Shown piece by piece: positions 35,375-46,375 of a stretch of DNA of 64,000 bases; the first letter of the stretch is position 1; each line of letters opens with the position of its first letter. Both the position numbers and the translations under genes were made by a program. This DNA comes from Azolla caroliniana (lineage: Eukaryota; Plantae; Polypodiophyta), in the NCBI GenBank assembly GCA_043228905.1, contig JBHGNT010000018.1:4340001-4404000 (forward strand), read 5' to 3'. The notes under the pieces were generated by a model. The model did no database searches. It was not told where the DNA came from and saw only the letters and a program-made list of their open reading frames with translations.

Positions 35375-37222
35375 TTATATTATTTTTACTTTTTCACGTA
35401 GTGTACGAAATACACTACGACACTCGCCCCCTCCGAACCCGCACATCCTCCGGTATGTGCCGAAGTTGCCGATGCTCGTTGTCTCCCCTTCATCCTCCGT
35501 TTGTCCCGCTATGTCAACTTTGTCTCTCCATTTTGAGTAGACCCATTCTTTCCACCCGAACCATTGTCGCCATCCGATCCACCATATTCTTTGTTCTCTC
35601 TCGTCATATTCTTGGCCCTTGTCATTCGTGGTAGTGTCTTTTACTGGCCTCTTTCTTGTCTTCATCAACCTTGACTTTTTTCCGGATCGCTCTTGTCCGA
35701 TCGACTTTCGGCTAGGTCGGCTTCCATCCATATTCGCGTTCGGCCAAGTCAGACTCAGTCGATCGGTTTTGACCGAGTCGACCCCTTTTCGGGTCGGCTT
35801 TCTTTCGGGTCGTCTTTCGACCGAATCCTCATTCGCCCGGTTCGGCTTTCGTTTGTGTCGTCTTTCGGCCGAATTCTCTTCCTTTCGGTTCGGCTTTCTT
35901 TCGGGTCGACTTTCGGTCGAATCCTCTTTTACCCGGTTCGGCTTTCTTTCAGATCGGAATCCCGTCCGGATCACCTTCCATCCTAACTGGCTTCCGACTT
36001 TACCTTTCTTGCCGCCACCTCCCGTCTCTCCGGTCTCACGTTGGTTCTCGGACACAACTGCCGAAGTCTCTAGAATTAGTGGGTAGGAATCCTCGGTATT
36101 ATCATCCTCCATTGTTTCACCCATAGCCATATTCTCGGCTATCTCTCCGTCGTATGCATCGACTTCGACCTTTGTTTTCTCTCCGCCACCTTCCGTCTCT
36201 TCGGTCTCACGTTGCCTTTCGAACGCAACCGCCAGAGTCTCTAGAATCAGTGGTGGGGAAGTCTCGATATGGCCATCCGTCGTTGATTCGTCCATAGCCA
36301 CCTTCGATTCGATGTCATCTTTCGTGGCGACCTCCTCAATCAAGTCCTCTTTGCTCTCTTTCACTGCATCAATTATGCTTACCCCTTTTTCACCCGATGT
36401 TTCGGACACTTGTATTCTGAAATCTTCTTCTACACTTGGGTTATCGGCCTTATCCTTTGTCGTTGTTCTTTCGCAAGACAAGAGGGTAGCTTGTTTTACA
36501 CCCTCTTCCGTCGCACCATCATGTTGTATTTCGGCCTTCATATCGGCTCCATCGTTTGACTTCAATCGACCATCCTTCATCGGCCATGTCGTTGACAAGA
36601 TTCTCATCTTCCTCTCATCATGTCTCCGGCATACCCTTTGGACTTCGGCCCAATTTTCGGTAAGGCCGTTCGCACCGTCATCATCTTCGAGTTCGATCCC
36701 AATGTCCATCCTTTCTTTCCGATCGATCGATCTTACGAACATTAAGACTTTATCTCCTCCCACCAATCTTCGTTCCCGCTCCGAGAGTCGAGCAAAACGA
36801 TTCTCGAACTCTAGGAATGCTTGTGTTGCACTTCGGTGGGTCTTCTCCGATGCCACCCATTCGTCGAATTCTCGTCGATCTCGTCCCGTCCATCTCTCAT
36901 AGTCATATGCCTCCCGTAAAGCTTCTTCAAAGGACTCCCATGTCGAGTTTTGTTGTTGTATCTTGTGGATTCTCTCTTGTAGTTCGTCCGAGGCCACCCG
37001 ACTAAAGGATGTCACTTGCAATTCTTCCGGTATCCCACATCGTATCATCTCCGCCTTGTAGTCACGTAGATAGCGTGACACATCGTTTCCGTTGAATTGT
37101 CCGTTTCGTTGTACGAGCCGCTTTACTGCCCCCGTGATCTCCGACATCACCCGTTGTTCTTGTAGCATCCGCTCGAACATCATCATCATCGTTATGCTCA
37201 TTGCCTCTTGTTGATTCTCCAT
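35375..37222 (-). CDS. Intact 615-aa Gag-derived protein: capsid-like domain, acidic repeats, basic repeats, Trp-rich motif
   Basis: ORF starts just after the PBS and reads through the PPT into the 3' LTR; FNGNDVSRYLRDYKAEM; RPERKPNR repeats; IWWIGWRQWFGWKEWVYSKW. Confidence 0.88.
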   Translation of the reverse strand: MENQQEAMSITMMMMFERMLQEQRVMSEITGAVKRLVQRNGQFNGNDVSRYLRDYKAEMIRCGIPEELQVTSFSRVASDELQERIHKIQQQNSTWESFEEALREAYDYERWTGRDRREFDEWVASEKTHRSATQAFLEFENRFARLSERERRLVGGDKVLMFVRSIDRKERMDIGIELEDDDGANGLTENWAEVQRVCRRHDERKMRILSTTWPMKDGRLKSNDGADMKAEIQHDGATEEGVKQATLLSCERTTTKDKADNPSVEEDFRIQVSETSGEKGVSIIDAVKESKEDLIEEVATKDDIESKVAMDESTTDGHIETSPPLILETLAVAFERQRETEETEGGGEKTKVEVDAYDGEIAENMAMGETMEDDNTEDSYPLILETSAVVSENQRETGETGGGGKKGKVGSQLGWKVIRTGFRSERKPNRVKEDSTESRPERKPNRKEENSAERRHKRKPNRANEDSVERRPERKPTRKGVDSVKTDRLSLTWPNANMDGSRPSRKSIGQERSGKKSRLMKTRKRPVKDTTTNDKGQEYDEREQRIWWIGWRQWFGWKEWVYSKWRDKVDIAGQTEDEGETTSIGNFGTYRRMCGFGGGECRSVFRTLREKVKII

Positions 37223-38091
37223 CTCCTTGCCACCCGCCTTCGCGTCGGGTTCACCAACTGTGTCGTGCCTTTCGGCTCCGGATCGTTGCGTGAGTCGGGT
37301 GGGAACCGCCGAGGTTTTGGACTAGGAGAAAGAAGAATATGAGATGAGGCTAGTAATGAATAGATTATTAGAAAGAGAGATAGAAATTTCGTGAATCCCA
37401 CGAGTGTATTGTATTCGATTAATCAATATTTAGATAAGAATATGTATTTAGATTGAAAGAAAGATATAAGAAACTTGTGAATCCCACAAGTATAGATTAT
37501 ATTATTTTCGTGAATCCCATGATTATATTAATCGGTTGGTGTTTTCGGAAATATATCCAATTTCCAAATATTTCACACGCCTATTACATTGTGCTCCCCA
37601 TCCTTATGTAGTGATGGGAGAGACTAAGCATAGCTACATGCTTTTTTTCTAATATGTTCATGCACACTAAATGTACATGTGATGCTTTTCTAATCCTTGC
37701 TTTTATTTGCTAAATATAGTGCTCATGCACGCTAGATGTGCACGAGTCACTTTTTAGTTGCTTGCGTTTTTTTCTATAAAATATTCACACACTCTAAAAA
37801 TGCACGATTTACCTTTTAATAAAGGTAGGCGCAAATAAAGGACTTATAGTTATTAAATCTATTTATAAAACACTAAAGATAAGGTAGCATAATGGTAAAG
37901 TTGAGGTTTGGCTACGTGGAGGTACATGGTTTGAATCTTGCCCTATGCACGTGATAAATATCTTGATATTCTTATTTTATTTATTGGTGATAAATATCTT
38001 AATATTCTTATTTTATTTATTTATATGTAATTAAATCGGTTATATTATTTTTACTTTTTCACGTAGTGTACGAAATACACTACGACAGCGT

Positions 38092-40860
38092 TTCTCACAG
38101 CCATCACTGAGTGACGATTTGTTAATCAATGACGACAACATGCCGATTGTCACATCTAACAACTTGCGCCGCTAGCTCGTTCACAATAAGTTACAGGGAT
38201 TTTTGAAAGTCGTAGAAACAGAGCCGCACCCGAACGTGGAAGCTTTGTTGGCAAAAATCGATGTCTCGACGATCACGAATAATAAGGTACGGGCCGTGTT
38301 GGAGATGCCAAGAGGCGGGTTCAACGCTGTCAACAAGGTCACAGAGGATGTTTTGCGGTCCTATTTCGGTGAATATTCGCCCTCTGCCAAAGCGTATTAG
38401 ACATAGGGAGTTAGGGATGTGTTTTTCATGAAGTTGCAAAATTTTTATTGGAAGTAGGGTTTGTTAGTCCCAGATTCTACTGTATGCCCAAAAAGAGAGC
38501 CGGATTTATTATCGCCGCTTATGAAGGCGAAGCTTTCGATTGCGGGCTACTGTTGGCAAATGCTCTAAGAGAGCAACTAAACGGAGTTTAGAAACGAAAA
38601 CCAATGAAGCCAATTTTTGCTTGTTGGTTATTAGTATTATTTCCGACTACAGAGCCGAAAAACCGATCAGAGGTGCGTCGGTTGCCTCAGGTACAGTCAT
38701 CTCGAGCCAGACGACAAGTCCAACGGGAAGAGTGGAGGGAAGAAGAATCAACGGAGGACGATACCATTTAGACCGAGATTGACCAACTGGAACCAAGGCA
38801 CCAACAAGAATCAGAACAATAACAGTCGAGACCACAACCCGAACCTACCCAGCAATCGCCGACTCCACCGCCGGAGTCTCAACCACAGAGGATGCAACAA
38901 CGAGGGACGACAGACGAGCAACCGTCACAGTAGCAAGAATCGAGACGAGTTGACATTGACCAGCAACCGCCAAAGCAACGAAGGGTGAAACAACGGTCCC
39001 AAAGATATGCTAGACCAGAGCAAGAACAACCTGTGCAGAAGAAAAAGAGAACTAATGATCAAGCCGCCCAAAGCACACAAATACCTCATGTCAATCCAGA
39101 TGACACGTCACGAGTTCAAAAAGGGCAGGCATCAACGGCAACGGTGCAAGAGGCACTCGGTTTTTCAGACATCCTGGCAGCAACACATGAGCTAGCTGCC
39201 ATTCTGCAGTTCGGAACATCATATGAACTGGTAGAATGGTTAGCTAAAAGACTGCAAGAAGTGTCGGAATGAATTGCGCGAGACCACAGAGATCAAATAA
39301 TGATCCAGAAGTCATTATGTGGAGCTATCGAACCAAACGAGCAAGTGGAAGTGGATAGAATTGGTCGACAGTGACATGCTAAAAATAGAGGTGAAGCCAT
39401 TCAAATACCACCATTACATGAGGCACTGGTGGAAGTACACCGTGAATATGAAAAGGCTAACAGAGCGGCCAGGGATATGGCCGAATTATACAAACAGGCT
39501 ACAATAGCTGCAAATGTACTTAATGTAGAGTATAAACGAATGCAGGCAAAAAACCAGCAATTGAAAAATAAACTGCAAGAAGAACAAGTGGCTCTAGAAA
39601 AAGTGAGAGAACAGATATTCCAGCCAGAGTCACAAAGACAACCTTTGGAGACAGATTCGGAATTACAAAAGAGGTTGTACCAAGCCGAACAAGCACAAAG
39701 AGAGGCAGCAATTAAGGCGGAAAAGACTGAGGACCGGTTAAGGGAAATGGAGGCTCGATTACAGTCAGCAAAAACGACTGCCGACAGATGTTTAGGGGAA
39801 AAGGATAATGTAATACAAGATTTACACCAACAGTTAGCCCAACAGCAAGAGACTACAAGGCAACAAGTCGAGGAACTGGAAGAGTATGTCAAGAGCCAAG
39901 AGACTTGTTTTACAACATAGTTGGCTGGTAAAGACAAACTGATAGACGAAATCAACGGAAAAATTATTCAGCAGCAGAACAACTGGAATGAAGAGAAAGC
40001 GAAGCTGGAAAACTGATGTGCAGAAATTCAAACAGTCTCTGAGAAAGGACGACTTGACCTCTTAGTGGCACAAGCTAAACTGATGCGGGCAGAAGGGCAT
40101 ACCAATGCGGTAATCATTGATTTACGGAAAACATTGGCAACAACACAGTTTGAGGCTAGAATGACTCAGGACAGGGTTCAAGCGATCATTAGACGTCACC
40201 GAATTAACACCCTAAAATTGGTCAATGAATCGCTGGAGAAGGGTTGGCAAACATGGTCAGGACAAGCTGCGGAGCTTCAGCTATTAAGAGCCGACAGAGA
40301 AAATAGGAAAGTTCAGGGCAAAGGCTTCCTCAAGATGTCGGAGGAAGCAATGACCACAATTTAGGAAGATATTGCTAAGGACCTATACGACATGGCGGTT
40401 TATTTTAAAGAAGAAATTAACCGAATCATGCCGTAATTCGACAAGCATGATGTCGAGACACCCGTCGAATTAAACAATATCGAAGTCGAAAGAGTCACCA
40501 AAACACCTGGACTCGGGGCACCAGAAGCAGGAATAGAAACGGAGCCAAGACCATCGACCGAAGGAACAATTCGACAAGCATGATGTCGAGACATCCGTCG
40601 AATTAAACAATATCGAAGCTGAAAGAGTCACCAAAACACCTGGACTCGGGGCACCGGAAGCAGGAACAGAAGCGGAGCCAAGACCATTGACCAAAGGAAC
40701 CCGACAGGAAAACAACAACGGGGAGGATACCGAAGATGAACACGAAGACGAGGAAGGTGTGGCAACACAGGAGGCAGAACCTTCATTATTTGACATTTTG
40801 CAGGACGACGCAGACGAGGATTTGGAGGAGGAAGATCATTCCTCAGAGCAGCAGGAGTAA
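38092..40860 (+). pseudogene. Decayed extra ORF of element H (globular N-part, long coiled coil, acidic tail); probably starts near 34518, before insertion D
   Basis: Same-strand ORF pieces 38203-38400, 38985-39272, 39429-39920 (heptad-like, Q/E/K-rich) and 40065-40364; DE-rich end at 40860; ~133-bp internal duplication 40435-40700. Confidence 0.65.
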
Positions 40861-42677
40861 AGGGTTCCTGTGGGTTCGCCGGACAACATCCTAGCCCACG
40901 AGCATGCCAAGTGTTACCCGGACAAGTATGAATGTGTCAGAATCAGAAAGATGTTCGGAGTCAGAGTCAGAGTCGGATCGACAGTTCGGATCGATGACTC
41001 AGCAAATAGCCGAATAGGACATAGTTAGTTACGAAGTTTTGTAATTCTTGTTAAGTATAAGCAGTAGGATTTCTTAATGAGAAAAGACCTTCGGGTTACC
41101 TATAAAAGGAACCAAAGGCATTGTAAAAATCTATCGTTGTATTTAGTAATATAAAGTTTGGTTAGGAAATCTCTGTGTACGGATTGCTTCTTGTCATCTA
41201 TTTATTTCTGTCTAAGCTATATTACATAAGTCGCGATCTCGGTGTCTGTTATCACCGATAAGTTTACAGATAATTCGTATCTATTCGTCTAACCACAACT
41301 TCTTGATAGAACATTCGAGACGAACGTTCGTCTTATACTGTGTCGGTAAAATAGCAATTGTCGACCGAAAAACAGTCTTCGACTGTCAACACTTCTTGGC
41401 CCGAACAATCGGCTCATCCCACTGGAGGGACCTATTCCTAACAAACTCCCCCTTCACTCCTGTGGGAGGAGTCTGTTATTCATGTCCTCTATCGACAGAC
41501 TCTAATTCTGTCCATTGTTAGGTTCTTTGTCATCATGTCAGATCCATTGTTGTCAGTATGGATCTTCACAAGGGTAAACTCTCCTTCTTCTACTTTCTCC
41601 CGCAACCAGTGATACCTTCTTTGTATGTGCTTGGTCCGGTAGTGGTATATAGGAGTCTTGGCTAGGTGTATGGCACTCTAGCTGTCACATTGAAGCAAGA
41701 AATCCCTTTGCTTCATTCCCAACTGGCTGAGAAAGTTTCTCATTCAAATCAGCTCCTTCCCGGCCTCTACCACTATCATATACTCTTCCTCTATGGTCGA
41801 CAGGGCCACAGACTTCTACAGTCGTGACTGCCACAACACTGCTCCCCCTGCATAGGTCATCATGTACCTTGCCATGGATAGGCTTGAATCTACTTCCCCC
41901 GACATGTCCGAGTCGGTAAACTCTTCGAGCATGGGTTTTCCGACACCATACCGTAGGCATACCCTCGAGGTGCCTTTTAAGTACCTAAGTATCCAGTTCA
42001 CCGTTGCCGTGGCGTGGCCCGTCCAGAAGCGTAACATTGTGTAGACAAAAGATAACGTGAAAGTGAGAAAGGAATCACTAGGATTATGGACGGAAGAGAT
42101 AAAAGAGTAGAGATAGAGTAAATAGAGATTAACAAGATAAGATATAGAATGATATTTGAAAGGATAAAAGAGGTTTATAATTATTTGATGAAAGAGTTAC
42201 AAAATGGTTATGACCATCGTTGATCCTTCGAACTTTGTCTCAAAACAAGGCAACCGCTCTTCTCATTCTGGAGAGTAGATCACAATCTTCCCTTTTAGCT
42301 TTCGATGAGGGTAAGACTCGAACATCCGCCCTTAGAGTTGAGCACCACGACCGCCAAACTAGCTCATTTCGTTTATTGTCTTTCTTCTTGTCTATCTCTT
42401 TCTATCTTATGATATCTCTTATCTAATATAATTCTATTTGTTTTGATTGATATATCATACAATATAGTTCTTCGATTTCGATTCCTTCGATATCCTTGTG
42501 ACTACACTCCCTTCTCCTTTTATAAGAAGGGGATGGTTTTGCATGTGGGCCATATGTCACACATGCAAAGAGGGCTCTTGCATGTGTGCTATATGATGCA
42601 CATGTAGTACATTACATGGTTTAGACTATACAATGCTACTTCAAATAAAACAACACAATTTATTTTACACATATAAT

Positions 42678-42988
42678 GAGTATTGGTTAAATGGTGGGCT
42701 TTGAAGTTCATAATGTGGAGGTTGTTGGTTCAAGTTTCTGTTGAGTATTGGTTAAATGGTGGGCTTTGAAGTTCATAATGTGGAGGTTGTTGGTTCAAGT
42801 TTCTGTCGCCCATGTAATACAATATATGGTGCACATGTAGTACATTATATGTTTTAGGATTTAAACCATAGAATATTACTTCAAATAATACAAGACATAT
42901 AGTTTTATATATACTACAATATTAGGGTAAATGGTAAGGTTTCAAAGTCATAGGGTGGGGGTTATTGGTTCAAGTCCTCTCTTGTCCA
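42678..42988 (+). promoter_or_regulatory. Three tRNA-like modules in F 3' LTR (42678-42742, 42743-42812, 42916-42988)
   Basis: TGGTTAAATGG...TTCATAA...GGAGGTTGTTGGTTCAAGT twice (65-bp tandem duplication), and TAGGGTAAATGGTAAGG...GGTTCAAGTCC. Confidence 0.65.
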
Positions 42989-45900
42989 TGTAATATGATA
43001 GATATGTTTTATTTGCCTCTACATATAATGTATAATATTATCATAGTGTGTTGTTAATATTACCTTTATAAAACAATATCAAGATATATTTTATTTTAGT
43101 TACGTAAATTTATCTTTTTGTAGACTTTTAAGGTGAAGCTTTCGTACACAAGCACCCAATCCCCTTCTTCTATCTTCTTATGTCGAATTCGGTGAGTTTT
43201 ATCAAAACGAATTTTATTCTTTAGTCGAGCCTCCTTCAATTGTTGGGTTGCTAATTCTACATCTTCAGGCTAACACTCTAATTGTTGAATTCACAAAACA
43301 AGCAATTCTTCTCTGCTCACCTCCTCTCTCCATGGAATAGATGTCCATGACATAATTGATTCTTCTATTGGCATGATGGGCTTTTGACCAAGTATCAGTT
43401 CAACTAGCATATATCTTGTTACCGAACTATGTGTTGTCTGATATGCCCATAGTGCATAAGGTAACATGCGTGGCCAATCTCTTATTCTACCTTTACAACT
43501 TTTCACGATCGCCTTAACTATTGGGCTATGTCCTCTTTCAATCTTTCCATTAGCCTCTGGATTATATGCAGTTGTAAGCAATAATTTGACCCCTATCCGG
43601 TTGAAGAATTCTTTAGCTTCATCAGAATCAAGCTCTCCTCTATCTGCAATTATTTTACCAACACACCCATAACGACATATTACATCTTCTACTAAAAATT
43701 TACATACAGCTCTAGTTGTTTTTAGTCGTAGTGGTCTTCCTTCTACTTGGTTTGTAAGGTCTTCTCTTGCTAGTACTAAATATCACATTTGACCTTCCTC
43801 AAGTGGCATTGTCACTAGATTGACCATCCATTTATAATGCATTGATGATGAATATGTTGGTTTTAGCTCATCTCGATACCGAATAGTTGAATACCTCTGG
43901 CAAACCTCACAGGTTTCCACAAATTTCATTACATCTTTATACATATGTGGCCACCAATACTTTTCTTTCAACTTCATAAATGTCGCCCATATGCCTCTAT
44001 GTCCTGCCAACAAACTATCATGGAATTCAATAATTAATTTTCTCTTAATGTCATCCTTACAAATGACTCGAAGAGGATTTTCGGTTGGCCTTTTTGGACG
44101 CCTCCATAAATGCCCTTCATGTAAAAAAAACTTGAATGCCCGTCTTCGAAATTTATTTAATTGCTTCTTCGACCATGATGGGTTGGCTTCTTGAGTCTTT
44201 AGAAAATTTCCTATTTCTAACCATTGACCTTCATACTCCGTGTCTTTGAACATTATGCTTACATTAAACTCATCATGAGGCTTAATGGATACTTTATGAG
44301 CAACTTGATGGCTTGTAGTTGCCCAATTCTTATCTTTAGCTTGCATCACCCTTTCATTTATGAACCTTGCTCTTGACAACATATTTGTGACTGGGTTCTC
44401 TTTGCCCTTTATATGTCGTAATTCTGGGTTCATGGTTCTGATGTATGCAATCCACCAAAGCATTGCAATATCTGGTGTGGTGCAACTTGCTATCATTCCG
44501 ATGAGTGGCAGACAATCTGTTTCAACCACTACATCTACTCCGATCAAGTAATCTCTATATGTTTTTAATGCAATAAGCAAACCCCACAATTCTCGTTTAA
44601 CTTGTGCATAGTTTCTTTGTCTTTCATTTAATATCTTTGCTCCAAATCTGATAGCATATCGATGTTGGTCTTCATCTTCTTGGTTGATAACCCAACCGAT
44701 CCCAATTGGGCTAGTATCAACTGTCACTATAATTGTTCTTTCACATGTGTAGTCTAGTTGACGAAGAACTGGTGCTTTCAATAACGCTTCTTTCAATTGT
44801 TGAACAACTTGTGTATGTTCATCAGTCCAAATAAACTTCTTCCCTTTTCTTAAAAGTTGGTAGAGAGGATCTGATACATGTGCAAAGTGTGGTAACCAAA
44901 TATGATAAAACACACATGCATCTAAAAATCTTCTCACCTCTGTTACCGATTCGCAAACCTCCTTCATATTTTGTATTACGTTAATTTTGATCGGTGATGG
45001 CTTCCTCCCATACCAGCCACACATATGACCAACTATCAAAACTTCGTTCTGCCCAAAGCTTGACTTTGTTCATGATAGTGTCAAATGTAACTGCTCAAGC
45101 TTATTTAAAATACTCTCACAATCATTAATGTGATCCATCACAAACTTTCTGCAACCATTTCCATCCATAGTCTCATCTTTCTCTCTTTCTAAGCATCCCT
45201 TAATAGGAATATCATCTAAAAATGACATAGTTACCTTTGGGATGTACTCATGTAGAACTTTGTTCATTGCATTCATCATATGAGAAACTGAATTTGTCGC
45301 ACCTTGAGGTAGAGTGCACATCCGAACTAACCCAATTGGTGTTTTCACTGTTGTCATATTGCAACTATCAATTGGTCGTATCCCGAATATAGGTCTCCTA
45401 TAGAGTAAATCGCTCTCCCAGCAAAAGCTTCTGCAAATTCATCAACAATCAGTCCGATTCTTGCATTTCGGATTGTGACTTTGTTGACTAGTTGTAGATC
45501 TTGAATGAATCTTAGAGAACCATCTTTCTTTGGAACGGTGAACCATCGGTTGGAATATGGTGCGTTGGAAGGCTCTAAAATCTTCATCTTGACTTTATCC
45601 TTCAATAGCTCCAACAACTGAGGCAATCGAGCTCCTGGTACTGCAATAGGTTTAAAATTCCATGGAATATGAGGGATAGTAAATATTACCATTGACATGA
45701 CCACCTTTGGGTCTACACAACCAATCTCCTTAGCTTTGAATGCGAACGCTTTCCCATGCCTAAACATCATTTCTTTGAAAGTCGAGATCTCTGATTGTAG
45801 AAGAAATTCACCCCCTCCAATTCTCAAGGTATTTATTGTCTCCGAAGTGAAGTGATGTCCGGTCTTCTCTATTGGTCGAAGCATAGGCTCGGTTGCTATT

Positions 45901-46312
45901 GCCTCCATCTTCTCTTCGCTACCAATGGGCAATGGTGTTGCAGCAAGTTTGACCTTTTTGTCTACTGTTTTGTATTTTGTATTAAACATAAACTTTCTAC
46001 TTCTTCATATTTACAATTATACCTATCAATCTCGTAATACATATCAATTGAGTTTACATGTATCTTTCTAACACTCTCATCCTCTTCTTTCAAATACATT
46101 TCTAACTCTTCTATAGTATTTGCAAAAGAAAATTCGTCCATAACACTTTCAATGTGTTCTTCCATTTCGAGTACTCCATTATCCTTCAATGCATGTTGAA
46201 ACAAATTAACATTCTTTTACAAGTTCCTCTTGCATTCATACATCCTAGTCACACATATAACACCACTTTCAGAAATATGAAATGACTTATTCATATGTTG
46301 TAATGCCCTACG

Positions 46313-46375
46313 TGAGGGTCTTTTAATAATGGGACTATTGCAACCCTCATTTGCAACAGTCCTAATCAAAAACCT
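46313..46375 (-). promoter_or_regulatory. Homologous frameshift pseudoknot of F
   Basis: GGUUUU-UGAUUA, then a 12-bp stem GGACUGUUGCAA/UUGCAAUAGUCC; loop UGAGGG pairs with downstream CCCUCA. Confidence 0.72.

Larger units (their letters stand above)
34596..38087 (-). mobile_element. Very young non-autonomous gag-only LTR element D (LTRs 34596-35422 and 37261-38087)
   Basis: 827-bp LTRs with one mismatch seen by eye (35137 C vs 37802 G); perfect TSD GCGT; tRNA-Trp PBS; PPT 35423-35433; one intact ORF. Confidence 0.97.
33878..41374 (+). mobile_element. 5'-truncated Ty3/gypsy element H (Athila/Tat-like integrase tail, 3' extra ORF, probable LTR 40912-41374) inside the 3' LTR of G
   Basis: GKLWYRWTGPVWI...NGTYQL..L.G......VNGFRLKPY at 34091-34276; TGTTA...AAACA segment with TATA ctataaaagg near 41100; G LTR sequence resumes at 41375. 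Confidence 0.75.

Noticed and set aside
39429-39920. Coiled-coil ORF as a host gene (myosin- or SMC-like)
   Set aside because: It lies between a gypsy integrase and an LTR, shows no exon structure and has many stops; treated as a TE extra ORF.
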